A stretch of DNA of 64,000 bases from Candidatus Atabeyarchaeum deiterrae. GTDB lineage: Archaea; Asgardarchaeota; Atabeyarchaeia; Atabeyarchaeales; Atabeyarchaeaceae. The notes under the pieces are model-generated. The model made no database searches and had not been told where the DNA came from. It was given only the letters and a program-made list of their open reading frames with translations. Positions 9,330 to 18,339 of the stretch are shown piece by piece. Both the position numbers and the translations under genes were made by a program. The DNA lies in contig CP147780.1 of assembly GCA_037310415.1 (NCBI GenBank), forward strand, positions 1,600,001 to 1,664,000, read 5' to 3'. How positions within the stretch are numbered: the first letter of the stretch is position 1; each line of letters begins with the position of its first letter.

Positions 9330-10745
9330 ATGTCGAAAATCGACGCCGCGAAGGCGAAGAAACCAAAGACAAGAGTCGAGATGCGTGAACAAGACCCTAA
9401 GGAGCGTATCAAAAACTTCAAGGAAGTCGCTCTAGGCTACACCGAGGAGGAAGCTGTAGCGGAGGCAAGTAGGTGCTTGAATTGCAAGGAGAGGCCTTGC
9501 TGCAGTGGCTGCCCGGTGTGCATAGACATCCCTCGCTTCGTTGGCTTGGTTAAAGAGAGGAAGTTCGCTGAGGCAATAGCTCTAGTCAAGGAGCAGAACA
9601 GTCTCCCCGCGATAAGTGGACGTGTCTGCCCACAGGAGGAGCAATGCGAGAAGATCTGCACGTTGAACAAGATCAAGCAGCCAGTCGCAGTAGGGCGCCT
9701 AGAACGCTTCGTAGCCGATCATGAGAGAGAAAAACTAGGCGTCAGAATCCCAGAATTACCTCCTTCAACTGGCAAGAGAATCGCCATAGCGGGCTCTGGC
9801 CCAGCTGGGCTCACATGCGCCGGCGAATTGGCAAGGATGGGACACTCAGTAAAGATTTTCGAGTCACTTCATGTTGCTGGCGGAGTTCTAATGTATGGCA
9901 TTCCAGAGTTCAGGCTACCTAAGGCCATTGTCCAAGCTGAAATTAACTATGTAAAGAAACTCGGTGTAGAACTCGAGACAAACGCGCTTGTCGGAAGAAC
10001 GTACACAATTGACGAGTTGTTTGAAGAAGGATATGATGCCATTTTCGTCGGAAGTGGAGCTGGTTTACCGGATTTCCTCGGAATACCAGGAGAAAACGCA
10101 GTTGGCGTGTATTCTTCAAACGAGTATCTGACAAGAACCAATCTGATGAAGGCATACCTCTTCCCCCAGTACGACACGCCCATAAAAGTAGGTAAGCGCG
10201 TCGTAGTGGTAGGTGGGGGTAACACTACCATGGACTCTGCTCGCTGCGCACTAAGGCTTAAGGCTGAAAAGGTAACCATAGTCTACAGGCGCAGCGAGGA
10301 GGAAATGCCAGCACGGAAAGAAGAGGTCGTTAGGGCAAAGGAAGAAGGAATAGAATTCATGCTTTTGACAAACCCGACGAAGATAATAACGGATGACAAG
10401 GGTTTCGTGAAACAAGTCGAATGCATCAAGATGCAATTGGGTGAACCAGATGCTTCAGGAAGACGCAGGCCAGTACCGATTCCTGGTTCAGAGTTCAGGA
10501 TCGATTGTGACACTGCTGTCATAGCAATTGGTCAGAGCCCAAACCCTCTGATACGGCAGACTACCAAGGGATTAGAGTCCAACAAAATAGGGGCACTCAT
10601 CGTCGATCCGGAGACCTTGATGACCACCAGAAAAGGCATCTTCGCAGGCGGGGACATAATTAGTGGAGGAGCAACGGTAATCAGAGCCATGGGCGAAGGA
10701 AAGAGGGCAGCTAAAGCGATGGATACCTATGTGAAGAATCTGTAG
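9330..10745 (+). CDS. nfnB: electron-bifurcating transhydrogenase large subunit NfnB (SudA/GltD-like; often annotated NADPH-dependent glutamate synthase)
   Basis: RCLNC...CCSGCPV and GRVCPQEEQCE Fe-S motifs; GSGPAG and GGGNT Rossmann motifs; YRR NADP motif; operonic with nfnA. Confidence 0.9.
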   Translation: MSKIDAAKAKKPKTRVEMREQDPKERIKNFKEVALGYTEEEAVAEASRCLNCKERPCCSGCPVCIDIPRFVGLVKERKFAEAIALVKEQNSLPAISGRVCPQEEQCEKICTLNKIKQPVAVGRLERFVADHEREKLGVRIPELPPSTGKRIAIAGSGPAGLTCAGELARMGHSVKIFESLHVAGGVLMYGIPEFRLPKAIVQAEINYVKKLGVELETNALVGRTYTIDELFEEGYDAIFVGSGAGLPDFLGIPGENAVGVYSSNEYLTRTNLMKAYLFPQYDTPIKVGKRVVVVGGGNTTMDSARCALRLKAEKVTIVYRRSEEEMPARKEEVVRAKEEGIEFMLLTNPTKIITDDKGFVKQVECIKMQLGEPDASGRRRPVPIPGSEFRIDCDTAVIAIGQSPNPLIRQTTKGLESNKIGALIVDPETLMTTRKGIFAGGDIISGGATVIRAMGEGKRAAKAMDTYVKNL

Positions 10746-10871
10746 ACGCGCGACATCCAAACATGACTTACGTCATGAAGCATTTCCAAGTTCCATCTCC
10801 GCAGTGCTTTGGTTCTTCTTTTCTTGTTGAGACTCGTGACGAAATTCTTATATAGATCATTCTGAGACATA

Positions 10872-10897
10872 GCGATATGCTCATATTAGCATATCGC
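10872..10897. promoter_or_regulatory. palindromic operator GCGATATGCT-N6-AGCATATCGC upstream of tupA (ModE-box-like)
   Basis: Perfect 10-bp inverted repeat with 6-nt spacer, between a TTATATA box (~10848) and the tupA start. Confidence 0.6.
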
Positions 10898-10914
10898 ATG
10901 ATGCGATTTGGTGA

Positions 10915-11985
10915 GTGAACTTGGAGAATAGGAAAGCATACGCATTGATAATGGTGATGATGGTAGCAAGCGTTGCCTTAATCGGGGCTGCAATGCTGAC
11001 GGTTCCCAGAGTAACACTGACTCTACAGACTACGACAAGCATGCAAGACTCTGGTCTTTTGGATCTGATCAAACCAACTTTTGATGAGAAGTACGGAGTG
11101 AACTTGAGATGGGTAGCGGTTGGAACTGGTCAAGCCTTGACAAACGCCGGCCGAGGCGATGGAGACGTTGTCATTGTGCACTCGAAAGCTAGTGAACTTG
11201 AATTCATAAACCACACTAGCACAAAGTATTCCTACAGTGGTCAAGGAATCTTCAGAGTCAGCTTCGCTTACAACTACTATGTGATAGTCGGACCAACGAA
11301 TGATCCGGCAGGAATCTCAACAAACTCAACCATTGCGAATAATGGGACTAGGGTCTTCAAGGCGATCTATGATTACTGTGAAGCAAACCCCAGCCAATAC
11401 TTTGCGTCACGAGGAGACAAGTCAGGAACTAACACCAAAGAGGAAGGTATATGGAAGCTACTTGGAGTAAATGGAACCGTGCAGACCAAATCGTGGTACA
11501 AAAGCCTAGGACAAGGCATGGGACCAACTTTAACCTACTCAAACCAGGTTGGTGCGTACACTCTGACTGACTATGGAACATGGCTAAAAATGAAAAGCAC
11601 GTTGACATACTTGAAGGTTGCAAGTGGAAAGACGAACTCCGACCTGAAAAACACCTATTCAATAATCGCTGTAGACCCTGCAAAACACCCGAATGTAAAC
11701 TTCGATTTGGCAAAGAAACTCATCTACTTCATGGTACATGAAGGGCAAAACATAATCGGGAATTACACTATTGATGGTGAGGCTGTCTTTACTAAGTATC
11801 TCAATCCCAACCCCACGGTAGACTGCTTCTGCCACAGTTCTCAGTGCGACGTATGTAGTGGAAGCTATCATCTGTGCCCGACCAACGATCAGAGTAGCGT
11901 CTCTCTTGCTCCTGTAATAGACAACTCTTGGAATTCGATGATTCAGCTGAAGAAGTCATATGCTACACTACCTCAAGGAGCATGA
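10915..11985 (+). CDS. tupA: tungstate ABC transporter substrate-binding protein TupA
   Basis: N-terminal TM/signal; TTTSMQDSGLL, VGTGQAL and SRGDKSGT motifs typical of TupA. Confidence 0.88.
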   Translation: MNLENRKAYALIMVMMVASVALIGAAMLTVPRVTLTLQTTTSMQDSGLLDLIKPTFDEKYGVNLRWVAVGTGQALTNAGRGDGDVVIVHSKASELEFINHTSTKYSYSGQGIFRVSFAYNYYVIVGPTNDPAGISTNSTIANNGTRVFKAIYDYCEANPSQYFASRGDKSGTNTKEEGIWKLLGVNGTVQTKSWYKSLGQGMGPTLTYSNQVGAYTLTDYGTWLKMKSTLTYLKVASGKTNSDLKNTYSIIAVDPAKHPNVNFDLAKKLIYFMVHEGQNIIGNYTIDGEAVFTKYLNPNPTVDCFCHSSQCDVCSGSYHLCPTNDQSSVSLAPVIDNSWNSMIQLKKSYATLPQGA

Positions 11986-12168
11986 GTGGAACTTGAATAG
12001 AGTGTCTGTGTGAGGAACCTCGCTCCACTGAATCAACATCGCCCAGCAAGCCTTGTATCGCCAAACTCATCGTCTCCCTCGCGGGCTCGCTAATCATCTC
12101 CCCCATTCTTTCTTAAATATCCGCGCAGACTAGATAGACAGAAAAAACGCAAAGGTGATGATCAGCAC

Positions 12169-12876
12169 ATGAGTATCGCATGGGGTATTCTTCAACCCTG
12201 CCAGATGTCGCTTGCATTCACTACTGAATTATTCCAGATAATGTTTCTTTCATTGATCGTTTCCGGAACCGCCACTCTCGTTGCATCAGTGATAGCTATA
12301 CCTCTGGGATCTTTGATCGCCATGAAGCGTTTCCCAGGAAAACAGTTTGTCAAGACGCTCACTTACACCCTCATGGGTCTTCCTCCAGTCGTGGCTGGTC
12401 TCGTGATTTATCTCATCTTGTCTAGAAGCGGACCTCTCGGAGTGCTTGGTTTATTGTACTCCCCGGCCGCCATGATCATGGCGCAGGTCCTTATGGCAAC
12501 GCCCATCGTAATGGGAGTCACTATTTCGGCCGTTTCAAGCGTTCCGCCCGAAGTCAAGGACACGGCATTGTCGCTCGGAGCGACCGAGTGGCAATGTACA
12601 TCAACAATTCTGAATGAAGGGAGAATTGGCTTGATTACAGCCATTATAACCGGCTTCGGTGCCTGCATATCCGAAGTGGGCGCCGTGATGATCGTGGGAG
12701 GGAACATCCGATTTGAGACAAGAGTACTGACGACTGCCATAGTATTGGACACAAATGTCGGAGAGTATGGAACCGCATTAACTCTTGGACTAGTCCTGCT
12801 GATATTGGCCTTCTTGGTAAACGTGCCTCTGGTCATGTTGCAGAGGCGAGGGGGAGCCAAGTATAGGGGGAGGTGA
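12169..12876 (+). CDS. tupB: tungstate ABC transporter permease TupB
   Basis: LMGLPPVVAGL, GPLG and EVGAVMIVGGNI...TRVLTTAI motifs. Confidence 0.9.
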   Translation: MSIAWGILQPCQMSLAFTTELFQIMFLSLIVSGTATLVASVIAIPLGSLIAMKRFPGKQFVKTLTYTLMGLPPVVAGLVIYLILSRSGPLGVLGLLYSPAAMIMAQVLMATPIVMGVTISAVSSVPPEVKDTALSLGATEWQCTSTILNEGRIGLITAIITGFGACISEVGAVMIVGGNIRFETRVLTTAIVLDTNVGEYGTALTLGLVLLILAFLVNVPLVMLQRRGGAKYRGR

Positions 12877-13643
12877 TAGTATTGGCCCGCCCGATTGGCA
12901 CAGTAGGCGCAGATGTTGAGGCGAAGAATCTCTCTAAGACCTACGACGAAAGAACAAAGGTGCTAAACAGGATCTCCTTCCGCGTGGAAAAGCAAGAGGT
13001 CTTCGTGATAATCGGTCCAAGTGGTGTGGGTAAGACAACACTGCTTCGGCTAATAGACCTCCTGGAATACCCCACGAGTGGAAAGCTCCTTCTAAAGGGC
13101 GTTGACACAACAGGTCTAAACAAAATCGGGCGGCTTCAACTTCGCAGAAGAATCGGCATGGTTTTCCAGTCAACGTTACTCTTCGATGCAAACGTGTACT
13201 CCAACATCTCATATGGGCTAAGAATTCGCGGTGTCCCGAAAAAGAAGGCTGAGAGAAAAGTCACCAAAGCGCTGTCAACCGTTGGGCTAGAGAATTTCGA
13301 GCGTCGACATGCTAAGACTCTCTCAGGGGGAGAAGCTCAGAGGGTCGCGATTGCTAGAGTACTCGCATATGAACCGGAGCTCATACTTCTGGACGAACCA
13401 ACAGCAAACTTGGATCCAGCCAACACCTCTACCATCGAAAAAGCAATACTGAGAGCAAAGCAGAACTATGGCGCAACAATAATTGTTGCAACCCACAACA
13501 TGTTTCAGGCAAGGAGACTCGGAGGGAGAGTGGCCCTTTTTTTAAATGGTAGGTTTGTCGAAGTAAACGACCCCGAAACAATGTTCACAAACCCAAGAGA
13601 ACCAGAGACAAAAGCTTTCATAACTGGAAAATTAGTGTATTGA
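12873..13643 (+). CDS. tupC: tungstate ABC transporter ATP-binding protein TupC
   Basis: Walker A GPSGVGKT, LSGGEAQR, LLDEPTANLD; overlaps the tupB stop. Confidence 0.85.
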   Translation: MIVLARPIGTVGADVEAKNLSKTYDERTKVLNRISFRVEKQEVFVIIGPSGVGKTTLLRLIDLLEYPTSGKLLLKGVDTTGLNKIGRLQLRRRIGMVFQSTLLFDANVYSNISYGLRIRGVPKKKAERKVTKALSTVGLENFERRHAKTLSGGEAQRVAIARVLAYEPELILLDEPTANLDPANTSTIEKAILRAKQNYGATIIVATHNMFQARRLGGRVALFLNGRFVEVNDPETMFTNPREPETKAFITGKLVY

Positions 13644-13748
13644 AGTTCTGTGACTCTCGAAGTTCTTAACAAACTATTTATAATTCATGTCGAGAATCAA
13701 TATCAGTCTAGATAACGACTGAATGAGATGATTTGGGAGTAGAACTTC

Positions 13749-14111
13749 ATGCCTTGGTGGGCAGTAATCTACCATCCGTTGTTCTGGATCGGCGTAATAG
13801 TAGCTGTGTTGTTGCTATGGTTCCTCGGGGCACTGTTCCTTCTGATTGGACTCGGTGCAGTTGAATCAAAGAATAGAACTTTCGGCTCGGCTATGGTCAC
13901 CGTTCTTATAGGCGCACTTCTTGCATTCTTCCTACCGTGGTTCATTGGCTGGATTCTCTACTGGTACATTATTAAGGTTCGGCATGACACAAGCTGGGGT
14001 GGCGCTATAGCTGCGTGGTTGCTCGCATGGATCATACCGCTGGCGATAGTATCATTGGTATTCGTTTTCCTCATCGTGATTCCAGGGTTCATACCGTTCT
14101 TGCCATTCTAA
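13749..14111 (+). CDS. small multi-pass membrane protein
   Basis: Hydrophobic 120 aa; paralog of next gene (KNRxFGS, YWYIIKxRHxTSWGGAIAAWL). Confidence 0.8.
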   Translation: MPWWAVIYHPLFWIGVIVAVLLLWFLGALFLLIGLGAVESKNRTFGSAMVTVLIGALLAFFLPWFIGWILYWYIIKVRHDTSWGGAIAAWLLAWIIPLAIVSLVFVFLIVIPGFIPFLPF

Positions 14112-14293
14112 GACATTTCCTAGAGAGACATAAAGCATCACTTTCTCTCCTTTTTTATTATTTCAGCCATCATTTGCTGATTTCTCTCTTCTGGAAATGT
14201 CCACAATCATTTGAAAAGCTATAAATAGACGGAAAAGAAGAGATGGAAGCCAACCAAATTGGAACGAGGAAATAGTAACGGAGGCTACAACTG

Positions 14294-14659
14294 TTGGCAG
14301 ACTGGCTTAGTCTATTTTATGGCTTGTTCTTGAATCCAGTATGGCTAGTAACATTCGTAGTGCTTGCTATCGTGATAGGACTCCTCCTTGGCTCCGTGTT
14401 TCTAATGGTGGCCCTCGGCGCAGTAAATGGAAAGAACAGAAAGTTTGGCTCAGTTTTCGTAACCGTACTCATCGGAGTAGTTCTCGGATGGATACCATGT
14501 ATTGGCTGCATAATATATTGGTACATTATCAAGATACGACATGAGACAAGCTGGGGCGGAGCAATAGCTGCTTGGCTGATCGCAGGTCTAATACCACTAG
14601 TGATAGTACTTATCGTGTTCATGCTTGTTGTGTTGCCACTTTTCTTTGGAATAATATAA
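14294..14659 (+). CDS. small multi-pass membrane protein, tandem paralog
   Basis: Same conserved blocks as 13749-14111; GGAGG RBS. Confidence 0.8.
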   Translation: MADWLSLFYGLFLNPVWLVTFVVLAIVIGLLLGSVFLMVALGAVNGKNRKFGSVFVTVLIGVVLGWIPCIGCIIYWYIIKIRHETSWGGAIAAWLIAGLIPLVIVLIVFMLVVLPLFFGII

Positions 14660-14879
14660 CATGGACTATCTTAGTTCGATCGGGGAGCCTGCTCCCCGAA
14701 CCAAACTTTTTTTGTTTGACCGTCTGCAGCCTCACATATCCCAGGCTTCTTCCGAGGCCAGATAATTACGGTAGACATGGAGTTGGGAGAACTCGTTAAA
14801 TAGACGGACATCGAATTTAATTTACCAAGCCTCCAAAAGTGATGCGAGAGTGACCTTGGGAAAAGGTGCAAAGTGAAAT

Positions 14880-15446
14880 ATGAAACTGAACCTAAGACGT
14901 GTGATGCGGCATCCGATCATGTTCTTAAGATCTTTGTCACCTTTTAACTGGTCTCACCATCCTGACTGCGAATCTTTCAGGCATCACTGTGTCCAACTCC
15001 GAGGACGGCGGCTTTGCATAGGTTGTTTCATAGGTTTTCCTGTGACTATCGCTACATTCATCGCATTGGTCATAGCGTCATCACTTGGGATACAACTCGA
15101 TCTACAAGAAGTGTTGCTTCTGGGGCTGGGCATTGAAGTGTCGGCGCTTCTCATCAAAACACTTCATTTCTCAAAGAGAGTGCTGGCAAGGGTAGCGATG
15201 AAGATAGTTCAGGCAGTTGGACTTGCTTTCATATTCTTTTCGCCGCTAACCCTTCAGGCACCCATTTTGTTCAAACTGTTCATCGTATTCATGTTGTGGA
15301 GCTTGTTTAACACTCTCATGGGTGCAGTGAGAATCTACGAGACGGGGAAAACATGCACCGCATGCGAGCATAATGGTAGCTGGAGCAAATGCCCAGGTTT
15401 CAAGAATCTTGTCAAGCAACTTGGCGACTCAGGCTTCCTGGTCTAG
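14880..15446 (+). CDS. membrane protein with His/Cys metal-binding motifs (DUF2085-like)
   Basis: SHHPDC...HC...LCIGC before 4 TMs; C-terminal CTAC...CPG. Confidence 0.65.
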   Translation: MKLNLRRVMRHPIMFLRSLSPFNWSHHPDCESFRHHCVQLRGRRLCIGCFIGFPVTIATFIALVIASSLGIQLDLQEVLLLGLGIEVSALLIKTLHFSKRVLARVAMKIVQAVGLAFIFFSPLTLQAPILFKLFIVFMLWSLFNTLMGAVRIYETGKTCTACEHNGSWSKCPGFKNLVKQLGDSGFLV

Positions 15447-15834
15447 TGGCCCTAGAATACCTTAAGTATGGGTTCAACGAATGGCATATTAGAGGGGGGG
15501 GTCTAAAACCAAAAGCCGTTTTCATGAAGCTAGATAGCTGAATCTTAGGGGTTAATCGCACCATTGACGTCTTGTTCCTCCTGTTTCTAGGTTCCCAATC
15601 TAGAACGACTGGCACAACCCTCGAGGCCGATTGCCTTGGAGCATACGATCCTGACGCCTGGTAGAGCGAATGCGGCTTATATCTCCTGAGTGTAGTTCAA
15701 CTCCCGATCTGATCTGAATTGATACTGGGCCAGTTACTAGCACTCGATCTGTTCTCAATGAGCTCACTAGGTTTTTTATTGTTGTTATACTCTCTTGAAT
15801 AAAGGAAGATAGTTAGGAAGGCCGCGGTCTTAAA

Positions 15835-18099
15835 ATGGTAACCACTAGGGCGCGAACTTTTTCGGGTATAATCGGCCAACTCAAGAAGTCTAGAGTACGG
15901 AAAGTTGTTGATGTTCACGTTGAAAAAGAACAATTGCCTTCTTATGGCTGCAATGTCGATGGACTAGGCTTAAGTGAACTCACAGTGAATGCCTTGAAGA
16001 AAAGTGGGGTTTCTAGATTCTTTGCTTTCCAAGAGTCGGCAGTGCGAAGAATACAGCAGTGTGAGAATGTTCTCATTGTTGCTGGAACAAGCATGGGGAA
16101 AACTGAAAGCTTCCTGGCGCCGGTCATCGACTTCGCCTCGAATCATATCACTAGATGCGCAGCGTTGCTCGTGTATCCTACTAAAGCTCTTGCAGCGGAT
16201 CAGATGGAAAGGATATCGGGTCTGACTCAAAACATGTTCGGTGTCTCATTCGCGAAGTACGACGGAGACACAAGTGACTCCGAACGCGGCAAGATAATGG
16301 CAAATCCTCCTTCTATTCTCATTACGAACCCTGACATGCTCCACTTCCACCTCAAAGACACATGGATACAAGAACTTCTCTCGTCCCTCAAATACGTCAT
16401 TATTGACGAAGTGCACAACTATTCAGGCGTTTTTGGCAGTTACGTTCACTATATTATTCGCCGCCTGAAGAGGTTCCTGGGCAAGGATTGCCAATTCATA
16501 GCCTCATCTGCGACAATTGGAAATCCCAAGGAGTTCGTTGAACTTCTGTTTGGGGAGGAATTCACCCTTGTGACTTCGGACAAGGACTGGAAGGGAAAAC
16601 GCTCACACGCCATGGTTGCCCCCCTACATAGCAAATACTCAGAAGCAGTGTATCTAAGTGAAATACTAACGCAAAGTGGATACAAGACGATGGTTTTCGC
16701 GGACAGCCATCTGAGCTCGGAACTAGTAAAAATCATAGCGGATGAAAGAAGACTCCAAATGGGAATTCATCGAGCTGGACTACTCAAAGAGCACAGGAGA
16801 GCCGTTGAAAAAGCCTTCAAAGAAGGTTCCCTGAGATCAGTAGTTGCCACCCCGACACTTGAACAGGGCATTGACATTGGCGACTTGGATGCTGTTGTTC
16901 TAATGAAGTTTCCACCAACATTCAGTCGATATATTCAGAAAGTCGGACGCGCTGGAAGGAAAGGAAGAGAATCTGGCGTGTTTTTGATAGTGGGAGACGA
17001 CCCAATTTCGCATTTCTATGCAACACACCCGAATGATTTCTACAAGTCATCCCCTGAACCCGCATTCATTGACCCTGAGAACCCCGAGGTCATGAGACGA
17101 CAAGTTATCAGCATGACCTATGACCAACCATTGGCAACAAGCGAAGAAGAGAAAATCTGCAAACAGATCAAGTCCATGGGAAGAACACTTTCAACCCTCC
17201 AGAAAGAGGGCTACCTGCAAAGAACAAGAAGCGCTCTCACACCAACCAGAAAAGGAGTTGCCCTGCACCAGGCCACTAAGCTGAGAGGAACAGGCGCGAA
17301 TATCAGAATCTACACGATGGAGAACAAATACATCGGCGAACGCGGATTGCCGATGGCTGCGAGAGAACTCCACCCGGAAGCGATATACCTCCACGGAGGA
17401 GCCGAATACCGTGTTATGAATTTCAACCCAAGAAGAGCTGTGGTTGATCGCATTCCTTATCGAAGCAGACATTTTACCATAGCACGATACTCTTCAGATT
17501 TGGAGGAATTCAGACCTGAGTTGAAGAGAAACTCTTTCAAAGTCAAAGTGGTCTATGGTCCAGGAACAATCAAACATGTCGTCGACGGTTACTACGAGAA
17601 GGATAGAATGACAGAAAAAACTCTAGCAGAATACGACTTAGATGAACCTATCACATACGATTTTCCAACGAAAATCATAAACTTCAAATTGCCCCTGCAT
17701 TTGACTTGGACGCGTAACCAAAGAGGAAGCGCATCACACGCGGCTGAACACATCCTGATATCCGCCGGAGTAACCCTAACTGGAGCTGACCAGGCTGAAA
17801 TGGGTGGTATCTCATATCCAGACGGCTCCATAATAATCTACGACGGCGCATATGGAGGCTCAGGGCTCACAAGGCTACTCTATGAGAGAATGGAAAAGGA
17901 CTTTGAAAGAGGCGCAGAGATGCTCGCGACATGCAGATGTGACAGGAATGACGGATGCCCAAAGTGCACGTACTCACCATACTGCGGCAACAACAACAAG
18001 TACTTGTGGAAGGAAGGAGCACTCAAGACATTGAAACGCGTACTGGAAGGAAAAGTAGCTGAAGTAGAATCAAGACCAGTGGGCAAATCAACAGTATGA
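15835..18099 (+). CDS. DEAD/DEAH-box helicase with C-terminal DUF1998 Zn domain (Hrq1/MrfA-like)
   Basis: TSMGKT, YPTKAL, YDGDT, DEVH, SAT and QKVGRAGR motifs; C-terminal CRC...GCPKC...C. Confidence 0.9.
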   Translation: MVTTRARTFSGIIGQLKKSRVRKVVDVHVEKEQLPSYGCNVDGLGLSELTVNALKKSGVSRFFAFQESAVRRIQQCENVLIVAGTSMGKTESFLAPVIDFASNHITRCAALLVYPTKALAADQMERISGLTQNMFGVSFAKYDGDTSDSERGKIMANPPSILITNPDMLHFHLKDTWIQELLSSLKYVIIDEVHNYSGVFGSYVHYIIRRLKRFLGKDCQFIASSATIGNPKEFVELLFGEEFTLVTSDKDWKGKRSHAMVAPLHSKYSEAVYLSEILTQSGYKTMVFADSHLSSELVKIIADERRLQMGIHRAGLLKEHRRAVEKAFKEGSLRSVVATPTLEQGIDIGDLDAVVLMKFPPTFSRYIQKVGRAGRKGRESGVFLIVGDDPISHFYATHPNDFYKSSPEPAFIDPENPEVMRRQVISMTYDQPLATSEEEKICKQIKSMGRTLSTLQKEGYLQRTRSALTPTRKGVALHQATKLRGTGANIRIYTMENKYIGERGLPMAARELHPEAIYLHGGAEYRVMNFNPRRAVVDRIPYRSRHFTIARYSSDLEEFRPELKRNSFKVKVVYGPGTIKHVVDGYYEKDRMTEKTLAEYDLDEPITYDFPTKIINFKLPLHLTWTRNQRGSASHAAEHILISAGVTLTGADQAEMGGISYPDGSIIIYDGAYGGSGLTRLLYERMEKDFERGAEMLATCRCDRNDGCPKCTYSPYCGNNNKYLWKEGALKTLKRVLEGKVAEVESRPVGKSTV

Positions 18100-18339
18100 C
18101 TTTCCGAATAGCAGTATGAGATATTCCTCTTCAAGGAGAATGCATTCTCGTCTCTTTCACGGATATCAATCTCAAACCTACGTTCTAAGTCTCCGAATAG
18201 TCGAATCGACAAATCTCACTCTTGAAGATATTTTTCGGCGATCTAGCAGAAAGCATTTTCACAAAACTTATAACCATTGAAAAGATATCTTGATGCGCAA
18301 AAGAAGAGGGAAGAAGGGAAAGACACTGAGGTGTACAGA

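Noticed and set aside
9330-10745. Glutamate synthase call
   Set aside because: No GltB large subunit; pairing with a PyrK-like gene indicates NfnAB
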